This document shows, piece after piece, positions 52,112 to 60,621 of a DNA stretch of 64,000 bases. The stretch's first letter is position 1. Every line of letters begins with the position of its first letter. The notes under the pieces are model-generated. The model saw nothing but the letters and a program-made list of their open reading frames with translations. It had not been told where the DNA came from and searched no databases. The stretch is from Alphaproteobacteria bacterium (lineage in GTDB: Bacteria; Pseudomonadota; Alphaproteobacteria; SMXP01). The DNA lies in contig CBDFKK010000005.1 in the NCBI GenBank assembly GCA_965248815.1, positions 119,835-183,834 of the forward strand. Reading direction: 5' to 3'. The position numbers were made by a program, and so were the translations under genes.

Positions 52112-53773
52112 TTATTGCGCATCGCGAAACCCGTTGGTGATGGGATAACGGCGATCTCGCCCAAAGTTTTTGACTCCGACTTTAACGCCTGGCGGCGCCT
52201 GGCGCCTTTTGTATTCAGCAACATAGAGCAAATGCTCGACACGCTTTGCGATGACGGGATCGTGACCTCGCGCGACAACGTCTTCAAATCCCATTTCACC
52301 CTCTATAAGACACTGCAAAATGTCATCCAGCTGATCGTAAGGCGGCAGGCTGTCGTCATCGCGTTGATCTTCCCGCAACTCCGCAGACGGCGGTTTATCG
52401 ATAATTCGTTGCGGGATGACACGGCCTTTTGGACCTAAGGCGCCACTTGGATGGTGCTGATTGCGCCAAGCGGAAATTTCAAACACCTGCGTCTTATAGA
52501 CGTCCTTAAGAGCATTGTAACCGCCACACATGTCGCCGTAGAGCGTGGCATAACCCACCGACATTTCGGATTTGTTGCCTGTCGTGAGAACCATGCGGCC
52601 AAACTTGTTCGATAGCGCCATGATGATGACGGCGCGAATGCGCGATTGAATATTCTCTTCAGTGGCGTCGGATTTCGTGCCTTGAAAAGACGGTGCCAAA
52701 ATTTTGTCAAAAGCTTTGACCGGCTCTTCAATCGGAATCGTATCGTAGGTCACTCCAAGTGCCCTGGCGCAATCTTCTGCATCATCAAGGCTGTCTTGGC
52801 TGGTATAGCGGGACGGCATCATGACGCAGTGAACTTTGTCGGGTCCTAAGGCGTCGACTGCAACTGTGGCGCTCAACGCGCTATCGATTCCTCCGGACAA
52901 ACCCAAGACCACGCCGGGAAACCGGTTTTTGGTGACATAGTCGGCAAGTCCCAACGTCGTGGCTGCGTAAATCGCTTCGTGGCCCTCCTCCAAAACGGCG
53001 CGCTCTCCGTTGGCGCACGACCAACCGTGTTCGCTCCTGGCCCAGTCGGTAACCACAATTGCTTCACGCCACGCAGGTAATTGTACCGCAAGAGATGATT
53101 CACTATTGAGCACAAAACTTGCGCCATCAAAAACGAGTTCGTCTTGCCCTCCCATTTGATTGACATAAACAAGGGGGAGTTTGTTTTCCGTCGCACGACT
53201 TACCGCATGATTCATGCGTTTTTCAACTTGCGTGACATTGAACGGCGATCCATTGGGCACGACAAGAATTTCCGCCCCTGTTTCACTTAGACATTCGGCG
53301 ACATCCATCTCCCACATGTCTTCGCAAATCATCAGCCCGAGCCTAACGCCTCTAAAGTTGACTGGGCCAGGCAGTGGGCCTTGATCAAACACGCGGTATT
53401 CGTCGAATACGTCGTAGTTCGGCAAGTGCCGCTTGAATCGCATGGTTTCGATCTTGCCGCTGTCTAAAACAGCCGCTGCGTTGTAAAGCTTTTCTCCTTC
53501 ACGCCACGCAGTTCCGATAATCATTCCGGGCCCGCCATCATTTGTTTCGAGCGCCAGCTGTTCGATCGCTGTTTTTGCTTCGTCTTGGAACGCAGGCTTG
53601 AGAACAAGGTCCTCCGGCGGATATCCCATGAGGAAAAGTTCGCTGAAGACGATGAGGTCTGCTCCGCCGTCAGCCACTGTTGTGCGTGCGGCACGGGCTT
53701 TGGCTAAGTTGCCGTGTATGTCGCCGACCAGCGGGTTGAGCTGGGCCAAAGCAATTTTCAGCTTATTGGTCAT
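52112..53773 (-). CDS. nadE: Glutamine-dependent NAD+ synthetase
   Basis: Nitrilase domain (SELF, KRHLPNYDVFDE, ICEDMW) plus synthetase domain (GLSGGIDSA, ENIQSRIR, TGNKSE, ATLYGD). Confidence 0.97.
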   Translation of the reverse strand: MTNKLKIALAQLNPLVGDIHGNLAKARAARTTVADGGADLIVFSELFLMGYPPEDLVLKPAFQDEAKTAIEQLALETNDGGPGMIIGTAWREGEKLYNAAAVLDSGKIETMRFKRHLPNYDVFDEYRVFDQGPLPGPVNFRGVRLGLMICEDMWEMDVAECLSETGAEILVVPNGSPFNVTQVEKRMNHAVSRATENKLPLVYVNQMGGQDELVFDGASFVLNSESSLAVQLPAWREAIVVTDWARSEHGWSCANGERAVLEEGHEAIYAATTLGLADYVTKNRFPGVVLGLSGGIDSALSATVAVDALGPDKVHCVMMPSRYTSQDSLDDAEDCARALGVTYDTIPIEEPVKAFDKILAPSFQGTKSDATEENIQSRIRAVIIMALSNKFGRMVLTTGNKSEMSVGYATLYGDMCGGYNALKDVYKTQVFEISAWRNQHHPSGALGPKGRVIPQRIIDKPPSAELREDQRDDDSLPPYDQLDDILQCLIEGEMGFEDVVARGHDPVIAKRVEHLLYVAEYKRRQAPPGVKVGVKNFGRDRRYPITNGFRDAQ

Positions 53774-53870
53774 GGGGCTTACTTAATGCCAGATCGACTT
53801 TTGGACAACAGAGGTGGTTCGGTTTGTTTGAACAACTTTCGGACTGCGGATAAGTGGATTTCAGCCCCTG

Positions 53871-54701
53871 TTATGCCGCGACCGGGATTGGTTGCAGCAC
53901 GTTGAAGTAAGCCTGATCGGGTGTCTGGCGGTCAAGCGATGAATGCGGTCTCTTGGTGTTATAAAAGACCAAATATTTGCCGAGGGCGGCTCGGGCTTGT
54001 GGAACATTGCCATAGGCATGCAGATAGACCTCCTCGTATTTGACCGTGCGCCACAGCCGTTCAACAAAGACATTGTCCCGCCACGCTCCCTTGCCATCCA
54101 TGCTGATGGCGATTTCAGCATCCTTCAGGATTTGTGTGAAAGCGATGGAGGTAAACTGCGAGCCCTGATCGGTGTTGAAGATGTCCGGCTTACCGTAACG
54201 GGCCAGTGCTTCTTCAACGGCTTCAATGCAAAAGTCTGCTTCCAGTGTGATAGAGAGCCGCCAGGACAGGACACGCCGGCTGAACCAGTCAACCACTGCG
54301 GCCAGATAAACAAAGCCCCGTGCCATTGGAATGTAGGTGATATCCATCGCCCAGACCTGATTGGGTTGGGTGACCGGCAGCTTACGCAACAGATAGGGAT
54401 AGATTTTGTGGCCCGGTGCAGGCTTGGACGTGTTCGGGCGGCGATAAATAGCCTCAAGCCCCATACGCTTCATCAGTGTTGTGACGTGCAGGCGGCCAAC
54501 CTTGTATCCTTCACCAAGCAATAGTCCCTGCAGCATCCTGCTGCCTGCAAAGGGATAGTCGAGATGCAATTCATCAATCCGGCGCATCAGTGCCAGATCA
54601 CCGACCGATACGGGACGGGGCTGATAATAGACGCTGCCCCGGCTGATCTTGAGCGCCTTGGCCTGACGGCTGAGCGAGAGTTTATGTTTGCGGTCGATCA
54701 T
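53871..54701 (-). CDS. IS3 transposase OrfB (DDE integrase core), copy 1
   Basis: WAMDITY, FNTDQGSQF, DNVFVERLW; probably expressed as an OrfAB fusion by -1 frameshift. Confidence 0.95.
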   Translation of the reverse strand: MIDRKHKLSLSRQAKALKISRGSVYYQPRPVSVGDLALMRRIDELHLDYPFAGSRMLQGLLLGEGYKVGRLHVTTLMKRMGLEAIYRRPNTSKPAPGHKIYPYLLRKLPVTQPNQVWAMDITYIPMARGFVYLAAVVDWFSRRVLSWRLSITLEADFCIEAVEEALARYGKPDIFNTDQGSQFTSIAFTQILKDAEIAISMDGKGAWRDNVFVERLWRTVKYEEVYLHAYGNVPQARAALGKYLVFYNTKRPHSSLDRQTPDQAYFNVLQPIPVAA

Positions 54702-55009
54702 TTTCTTGCGCTCGGCAATCCCGCCTTGGTGAGCGCATCGCCTAAAAAATCATTCTCAAGCGTCAGCTCCCCAATCTTGGCATGGAGCCTCTTCACATCA
54801 ACACGGGGTGCAGGCAGCGGTGATTTACCCTCCCGCCCAAAAACACCCGCTGCACCCTCAAGGAGCTGATCTTTCCATTGCTTGATCTGGTTAGGATGAA
54901 CATCAAACTGCTGAGCGAGTTCTCCCAATGTCTGCTCACCGCGAACGGCCGCAAGGGCCACCTTCGACTTGAACGCAGGTGTATGATTGCGACGTGGTCG
55001 TCTTGCCAT
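54698..55009 (-). CDS. IS3 transposase OrfA (HTH), copy 1
   Basis: MARRPRRNHTPAFKSKVALAA...LAQQFDVHPNQI; coiled-coil LHAKIGELTLENDFL. Confidence 0.93.
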   Translation of the reverse strand: MARRPRRNHTPAFKSKVALAAVRGEQTLGELAQQFDVHPNQIKQWKDQLLEGAAGVFGREGKSPLPAPRVDVKRLHAKIGELTLENDFLGDALTKAGLPSARK

Positions 55010-55194
55010 AGTGGATCTCCTGTTGCCGGCGATCATGCCGCCTACAGGCCAAAATTCCACTTATCTCAACTGTGCAGATTTCCCGAGCCACTTCTAACCA
55101 TGATTGCAAACAGGTCTAGGTGAGCCAGTACACGAGACGGAAATCCGATGCGAATCATCATAGAAAATAATATGTGCGAACTAGCGGACTATCG

Positions 55195-56370
55195 CTACAA
55201 AGCCGAGACCACGGTCGCACAGATATCGCAAATCTGCTTTTCCGTGAGATATGGGTGCATCGGCAAAGAAAGTATATGGCGGGACAGATATTCGGAATTC
55301 GGCAAGCCGCCGTCTGGGCCATATTGCTTGAATGCAGCCATCTCATGGAGTGGCTGGCGATAATAGACCGCTGACGGAATATCGGCGGCCGCCAACGCTG
55401 CTTCGACACGATCGCGGTCTTTGAGAACAATCGAATATTGAGCCCAAGCACTGACGCTGTCTTTGGGACGCGCCGGTAATTCCATCGCCGGACCTAAAAG
55501 ACGATCATAAATTTTAGCGATTTGACGGCGCCGCCGCAGCTCGTCTTCGAAGATTGTCAGCTTAACAAGCAAAACGGCCGCCTGAAGTGAATCCATTCGC
55601 GCGTTTGTGCCTAAGCGAATGGATTCTTTGTGCGCCGTATCCGTTCCATGCCAGCGCACAGACCGCCAAATCTTCGCGCGCTCTACAGAATCGGCAAATA
55701 TTGCGCCCCCGTCTCCGTAACATCCTAAAGTTTTGGCTGGAAAGAAGCTCGTGGCTGTCATGCCAACAATATTACCGACCATCTGGTTGCCAAGCTGCGC
55801 TCCGAAGCTTTGAGCAGAGTCGGCTAGGACACCAAGATCATATTCACGGGTAATCTTGCCAATCGCGTCGTAGTCAGCCGGAAGACCAAACAAATCGACT
55901 GGTATCACCATCTTTGGACAAAGTTCTCCAAGACGATTGGTTTCATCGATTTTGTAGCGCAAATCGTTCGCGGACATGTTGAACGTATCTGTGTTGACAT
56001 CCACGAATACCGGCGTGGCCCCCAGCATGATGACGGCGCTTGCGGTCGCGTTGTAAGTAAAGGCTGGAATGAACACGGCGTCGCCTGGTCCGACGCCTTC
56101 GGTCAACATAGCAATTTCCAGCGCCTCCGTGCCACTGCCACACAAAACCACGTCGACGGCGCCCGTCAATTCCGACAAAGCGCGTTCAAGTTCTTCAATT
56201 TCGGGGCCATCGATATATTGACCGTGATCAAGTACAGCCCGAATTTTGGCTTCAACCTGCGGACGTATTCGTGCCTGCTGAGCTTGCAAGTCGACAAAAG
56301 AAATTCTGTCGTCCAGCTCAGCATCGCCGCGGAGGGAAACGACAGTGTTTTGCTGATTCTTTGTTAGCAT
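55195..56370 (-). CDS. DegT/DnrJ/EryC1/StrS PLP-dependent sugar aminotransferase (GnnB/WbpE-like)
   Basis: PVDLFG, DSAQSFG, SFFPAKTLGCYGDGG (PLP Lys), NARMDSLQAAVL, SLPMHPYL. Confidence 0.9.
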   Translation of the reverse strand: MLTKNQQNTVVSLRGDAELDDRISFVDLQAQQARIRPQVEAKIRAVLDHGQYIDGPEIEELERALSELTGAVDVVLCGSGTEALEIAMLTEGVGPGDAVFIPAFTYNATASAVIMLGATPVFVDVNTDTFNMSANDLRYKIDETNRLGELCPKMVIPVDLFGLPADYDAIGKITREYDLGVLADSAQSFGAQLGNQMVGNIVGMTATSFFPAKTLGCYGDGGAIFADSVERAKIWRSVRWHGTDTAHKESIRLGTNARMDSLQAAVLLVKLTIFEDELRRRRQIAKIYDRLLGPAMELPARPKDSVSAWAQYSIVLKDRDRVEAALAAADIPSAVYYRQPLHEMAAFKQYGPDGGLPNSEYLSRHILSLPMHPYLTEKQICDICATVVSAL

Positions 56371-56401
56371 TCTCGCGCTCAGGGTACTTCAATAAATTAA
56401 T

Positions 56402-57343
56402 CTATGCGGCAAGCCGCTCTGTAATCATGCAGGCCGTTTGAAGCGCTTTTCGCGCCTCTTTGGCCGAAATTCGTGGTGGCGATCCATTTCTAACGGACTG
56501 AACAAAAGCATTGATCCCGTATGCCAAGGGGTCATTAAATATCTTATGAACTGCGCCATCGCCGTTCATCTCTGGCTTTAGCTCTGCGTGAGTCGAATTT
56601 CTTAGCGTACCACTAATAAAATCAACTTCTATCTCTCCGTCCGCATATTCGAGACGAAGTTCGCGCGCCTGTTCTTTGCTAGCCCGGCTCACACGCAAGT
56701 CAACCGTGCAGCCGTCCTCCAGTTCAAGTACCGCCGCCACCTCATCATGATGCGAGCCGTAGACCCTCTTGCCCTGGGCGTGAACGCTTACGATTTTTGA
56801 CGACGTCACCTGGTGCAATAAATCCAAATCGTGAATCATGAGATCGAATACGGCATTAACGTCCGTTGCTCTTCCCGTAAATGGGCCTAAACGACGAGAT
56901 TCAATATGGCGCGGTTTCAAATCGAGCGGCGGAAGGCCAAAGTTTTCAAAAACAAATCTTTCCTGATGGCCCACTTGTAAGATCAATTGTTTTTCTTCTG
57001 CGAGTGAAATTAATTCATCAGCATGGGACAGATCGATGGCGATCGGCTTTTCGGCAAGAACATGAATTCCTTCGCGCAGAAATAATGCAGCGATCTCGTA
57101 GTGACAGCTCGCCGGCGTGGTGATGCTCACCGCGTCGACCAACCCGACGAGTTTCTCAGCCGCAAAAAACGAGTCTGCATTAAACTCCTGCGCGGCACGT
57201 TCGGCGGCGCTTGGGTCGATATCGGCGACGGCGGTCAATTTGGTGCCGGCAATCTGGGTGTATTTCTGAGCGTGAAATCTGCCAAAGCAGCCACAGCCCA
57301 CGACCCCGACTCGTACCGTGTCTGTGCGTGATATTTGATTCAA
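56402..57343 (-). CDS. Gfo/Idh/MocA NAD-dependent sugar-nucleotide oxidoreductase (GnnA-like)
   Basis: VGVVGCGCFGRFHA, EKP, VGHQERF, RLGPFTGRATDVNAVFDLMIHDLD; probable TTG start at 57343 after a GGGGGA RBS. Confidence 0.88.
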   Translation of the reverse strand: MNQISRTDTVRVGVVGCGCFGRFHAQKYTQIAGTKLTAVADIDPSAAERAAQEFNADSFFAAEKLVGLVDAVSITTPASCHYEIAALFLREGIHVLAEKPIAIDLSHADELISLAEEKQLILQVGHQERFVFENFGLPPLDLKPRHIESRRLGPFTGRATDVNAVFDLMIHDLDLLHQVTSSKIVSVHAQGKRVYGSHHDEVAAVLELEDGCTVDLRVSRASKEQARELRLEYADGEIEVDFISGTLRNSTHAELKPEMNGDGAVHKIFNDPLAYGINAFVQSVRNGSPPRISAKEARKALQTACMITERLAA

Positions 57344-57527
57344 CCCTAGTCCCCCGATAAACGCCGTCTTCCGCACACAGCGATCCCCCTCATCGCCACA
57401 CACAGCACCAATACTTTCGATTCCCTAGTTTGGCACGGACTAAAATGACGCACCATCCCTGAGGTAAGAGGTGGTTCGGTTTGTTTGAACAACTTTCGGA
57501 CTGCGGATAAGTGGATTTCAGCCCCTG

Positions 57528-58358
57528 TTATGCCGCGACCGGGATTGGTTGCAGCACGTTGAAGTAAGCCTGATCGGGTGTCTGGCGGTCAAGCGATGAA
57601 TGCGGTCTCTTGGTGTTGTAAAAGACCAAATATTTGCCGAGGGCGGCTCGGGCTTGTGGAACATTGCCATAGGCATGCAGATAGACCTCCTCGTATTTGA
57701 CCGTGCGCCACAGCCGTTCAACAAAGACATTGTCCCGCCACGCTCCCTTGCCATCCATGCTGATGGCGATTTCAGCATCCTTCAGGATTTGTGTGAAAGC
57801 GATGGAGGTAAACTGCGAGCCCTGATCGGTGTTGAAGATGTCCGGCTTACCGTAACGGGCCAGTGCTTCTTCAACGGCTTCAATGCAAAAGTCTGCTTCC
57901 AGTGTGATAGAGAGCCGCCAGGACAGGACACGCCGGCTGAACCAGTCAACCACTGCGGCCAGATAAACAAAGCCCCGTGCCATTGGAATGTAGGTGATAT
58001 CCATCGCCCAGACCTGATTGGGTTGGGTGACCGGCAGCTTACGCAACAGATAGGGATAGATTTTGTGGCCCGGTGCAGGCTTGGACGTGTTCGGGCGGCG
58101 ATAAATAGCCTCAAGCCCCATACGCTTCATCAGTGTTGTGACGTGCAGGCGGCCAACCTTGTATCCTTCACCAAGCAATAGTCCCTGCAGCATCCTGCTG
58201 CCTGCAAAGGGATAGTCGAGATGCAATTCATCAATCCGGCGCATCAGTGCCAGATCACCGACCGATACGGGACGGGGCTGATAATAGACGCTGCCCCGGC
58301 TGATCTTGAGCGCCTTGGCCTGACGGCTGAGCGAGAGTTTATGTTTGCGGTCGATCAT
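57528..58358 (-). CDS. IS3 transposase OrfB, copy 2
   Basis: Protein identical to copy 1. Confidence 0.95.
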   Translation of the reverse strand: MIDRKHKLSLSRQAKALKISRGSVYYQPRPVSVGDLALMRRIDELHLDYPFAGSRMLQGLLLGEGYKVGRLHVTTLMKRMGLEAIYRRPNTSKPAPGHKIYPYLLRKLPVTQPNQVWAMDITYIPMARGFVYLAAVVDWFSRRVLSWRLSITLEADFCIEAVEEALARYGKPDIFNTDQGSQFTSIAFTQILKDAEIAISMDGKGAWRDNVFVERLWRTVKYEEVYLHAYGNVPQARAALGKYLVFYNTKRPHSSLDRQTPDQAYFNVLQPIPVAA

Positions 58359-58666
58359 TTTCTTGCGCTCGGCAATCCCGCCTTGGTGAGCGCATCGCCT
58401 AAAAAATCATTCTCAAGCGTCAGCTCCCCAATCTTGGCATGGAGCCTCTTCACATCAACACGGGGTGCAGGCAGCGGTGATTTACCCTCCCGCCCAAAAA
58501 CACCCGCTGCACCCTCAAGGAGCTGATCTTTCCATTGCTTGATCTGGTTAGGATGAACATCAAACTGCTGAGCGAGTTCTCCCAATGTCTGCTCACCGCG
58601 AACGGCCGCAAGGGCCACCTTCGACTTGAACGCAGGTGTATGATTGCGACGTGGTCGTCTTGCCAT
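58355..58666 (-). CDS. IS3 transposase OrfA, copy 2
   Basis: Protein identical to copy 1. Confidence 0.93.
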   Translation of the reverse strand: MARRPRRNHTPAFKSKVALAAVRGEQTLGELAQQFDVHPNQIKQWKDQLLEGAAGVFGREGKSPLPAPRVDVKRLHAKIGELTLENDFLGDALTKAGLPSARK

Positions 58667-59110
58667 AGTGGATCTCCTGTTGCCGGCGATCATGCCGCCT
58701 ACAGGCCAAAATTCCACTTATCTCAACTGTGCAGATTTCCCGAGCCACTTCTGTATTTGCAAAGTGTCCGGCCTGAATGAGAGCTGTCAAATATGGTACT
58801 CCAACTTCGCGACGGAACGCTTTGAACTAATTGATTAAATATAACGCACTTACGCTGCCTAGAATCGATAAAAGCATACAATTATCAAACGCAATGAGTC
58901 ATGCGAATCCGCCGCCCTTGTTGCGATATTGTTGCTTTGCCCGCCCCGTCCGGGCATTTTACGTCTGACCGCCCCAGCCCACCGGCGAACCAAACACCGT
59001 TTCGATTAAAAAATTTATGACGACTGGGTGATCCGGGATCTCCCGAGGGGCCACTCATCAGCAACAGTTGTGCGCTGCTTCAGCTGAAATTTTTCTTCAA
59101 TTTCAAAGCG

Positions 59111-60496
59111 TTAGGTGTGGACCACCGCTGCCTGGGTACCGGCCGCGGCCCGCTCTTTCTTGATCCCCTCGGCAACCAAGAATGCCAGCTCAAGCGCCTG
59201 GCTCGCGTTTAGCCGCGGATCGCAATGGGTGTGATATCGCGAAGATAGGTCATCCTCCGTGATCGCCTGGGCGCCGCCAATGCATTCCGTGACCTGCTGT
59301 CCGGTCATTTCTACATGAACTCCACCCGCATATGTGCCTTCAGCCTGATGAACAGCGAAGAAATTCTGCACCTCCTTCAGAATTCGATCAAAAGGCCTGG
59401 TTTTGTACCCACTAGATGCCTTGATGGTGTTGCCGTGCATCGGATCGCACGACCACAGCACATGGCGGCCTTCCGCCTCGACCCGGCGTATCAGATGCGG
59501 TAATTGGTCGGCCACTTGATCTGCACCGAACCGGGTAATGAGCGTGAGACGTCCCGGTTCGTTGGCAGGATTCAGGACGTCGATCAGCCGAATGAGCTCC
59601 TCCGGTTCCAGGCTGGGCCCGCATTTCATCCCTATTGGATTGTGCACCCCTCGAAGGAATTCTACGTGAGCCCCGTCCAACTGCCTGGTGCGATCTCCGA
59701 TCCAAAGCATGTGGGCGGACGTGTCGTACCAGTCACCAGTGGTCGAATCGACCCTGGTGAGCGACTGCTCAAATCCCAGCAGCAAAGCTTCGTGGCTGGT
59801 ATAGAAGTCCGTAGATTGAATTTGAGGTGAATTATCCGTGTTAATCCCGCACGCCCTCATAAAATCCAAGGCTTCTGAAATCCGGTCGGCGATATCTCGA
59901 TAGCGCTCTCCCTCCGGGCTGTCCGAAACAAAACCCATATTCCACCGGTGAACATACTCGAGACCCGCATAACCTCCGTGCGTGAAGGCACGCAGCAAAT
60001 TCAGCGTCGAGGCCGCTTGGCTGTACGCCTGGAGCAATCGCTCGGGATCCGGTTTGCGTCCGACCGGCTCAAATTCGATCGAATTGACTATATCGCCTCG
60101 GTAGCTCGGTAATTCCTGATCTCCTTGCTTTTCCATTGGCGCGGAGCGCGGTTTGGCGAATTGTCCAGCAATTCGGCCTACCTTCACAACCGGGACCGCA
60201 GCCGCATAGGTCAGCACCACGGCCATCTGCAATAGAACCCGCAACGTGTCGCGAATATTGTCGGGGCTGAATTCAGCAAAACTTTCCGCGCAATCACCTC
60301 CCTGGACTAAAAAGGCCTTCCCCAGGGCGACGTCACCCAAATGCTTGCGCAAGTTGCGGGCTTCACCAGCAAACACCAAAGGAGGGAATCTCGACAGCTT
60401 TTCTTTAACGGATTGGACGAGAGCTTCATCCGGATAATCCGGAACCTGCCGGACCGGCTTCGACTGCCAACTCGTAGGACTCCATTTCTTGGCCAT
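59111..60496 (-). CDS. 3-deoxy-D-arabino-heptulosonate-7-phosphate synthase, class II
   Basis: [50 protein letters not shown]. Confidence 0.97.
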   Translation of the reverse strand: MAKKWSPTSWQSKPVRQVPDYPDEALVQSVKEKLSRFPPLVFAGEARNLRKHLGDVALGKAFLVQGGDCAESFAEFSPDNIRDTLRVLLQMAVVLTYAAAVPVVKVGRIAGQFAKPRSAPMEKQGDQELPSYRGDIVNSIEFEPVGRKPDPERLLQAYSQAASTLNLLRAFTHGGYAGLEYVHRWNMGFVSDSPEGERYRDIADRISEALDFMRACGINTDNSPQIQSTDFYTSHEALLLGFEQSLTRVDSTTGDWYDTSAHMLWIGDRTRQLDGAHVEFLRGVHNPIGMKCGPSLEPEELIRLIDVLNPANEPGRLTLITRFGADQVADQLPHLIRRVEAEGRHVLWSCDPMHGNTIKASSGYKTRPFDRILKEVQNFFAVHQAEGTYAGGVHVEMTGQQVTECIGGAQAITEDDLSSRYHTHCDPRLNASQALELAFLVAEGIKKERAAAGTQAAVVHT

Positions 60497-60621
60497 AGCT
60501 ACTTACGCTCCAAATCTGTCATCCCATTATAGCAGTTCGCTGCCGCCCAAGGGTTAAGCCGGGGTATATAGGGCTAGAGTCAGCGTTTGCCAAGCGCCCT
60601 GCGGCCCAAGGGCGCCTTCGC

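Larger units (their letters stand above)
53810..55095 (-). mobile_element. IS3-family insertion sequence, copy 1 (1286 bp)
   Basis: Imperfect terminal IRs (AGAGGTGGTTCGG / CCGAGCCACTTCT), 3-bp target duplication AAC (53807-09 and 55096-98), orfA and orfB. Confidence 0.95.
57467..58752 (-). mobile_element. IS3-family insertion sequence, copy 2 (1286 bp)
   Basis: Same IRs as copy 1; own target duplication GTA (57464-66 and 58753-55); offset from copy 1 by 3657 bp; one visible difference (53961 A vs 57618 G). Confidence 0.95.

Noticed and set aside
53810-53860. DnaA-box-like TGCGGATAA and an outward -35 (TTGTTC) in the IS end
   Set aside because: The box has one mismatch and is part of the IR-associated repeat; no correctly spaced -10 forms at the gnnA junction.
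53810-58752. Composite transposon that imported the two sugar genes
   Set aside because: Each IS has its own target duplication and the outer flanks differ (AAC vs GTA).
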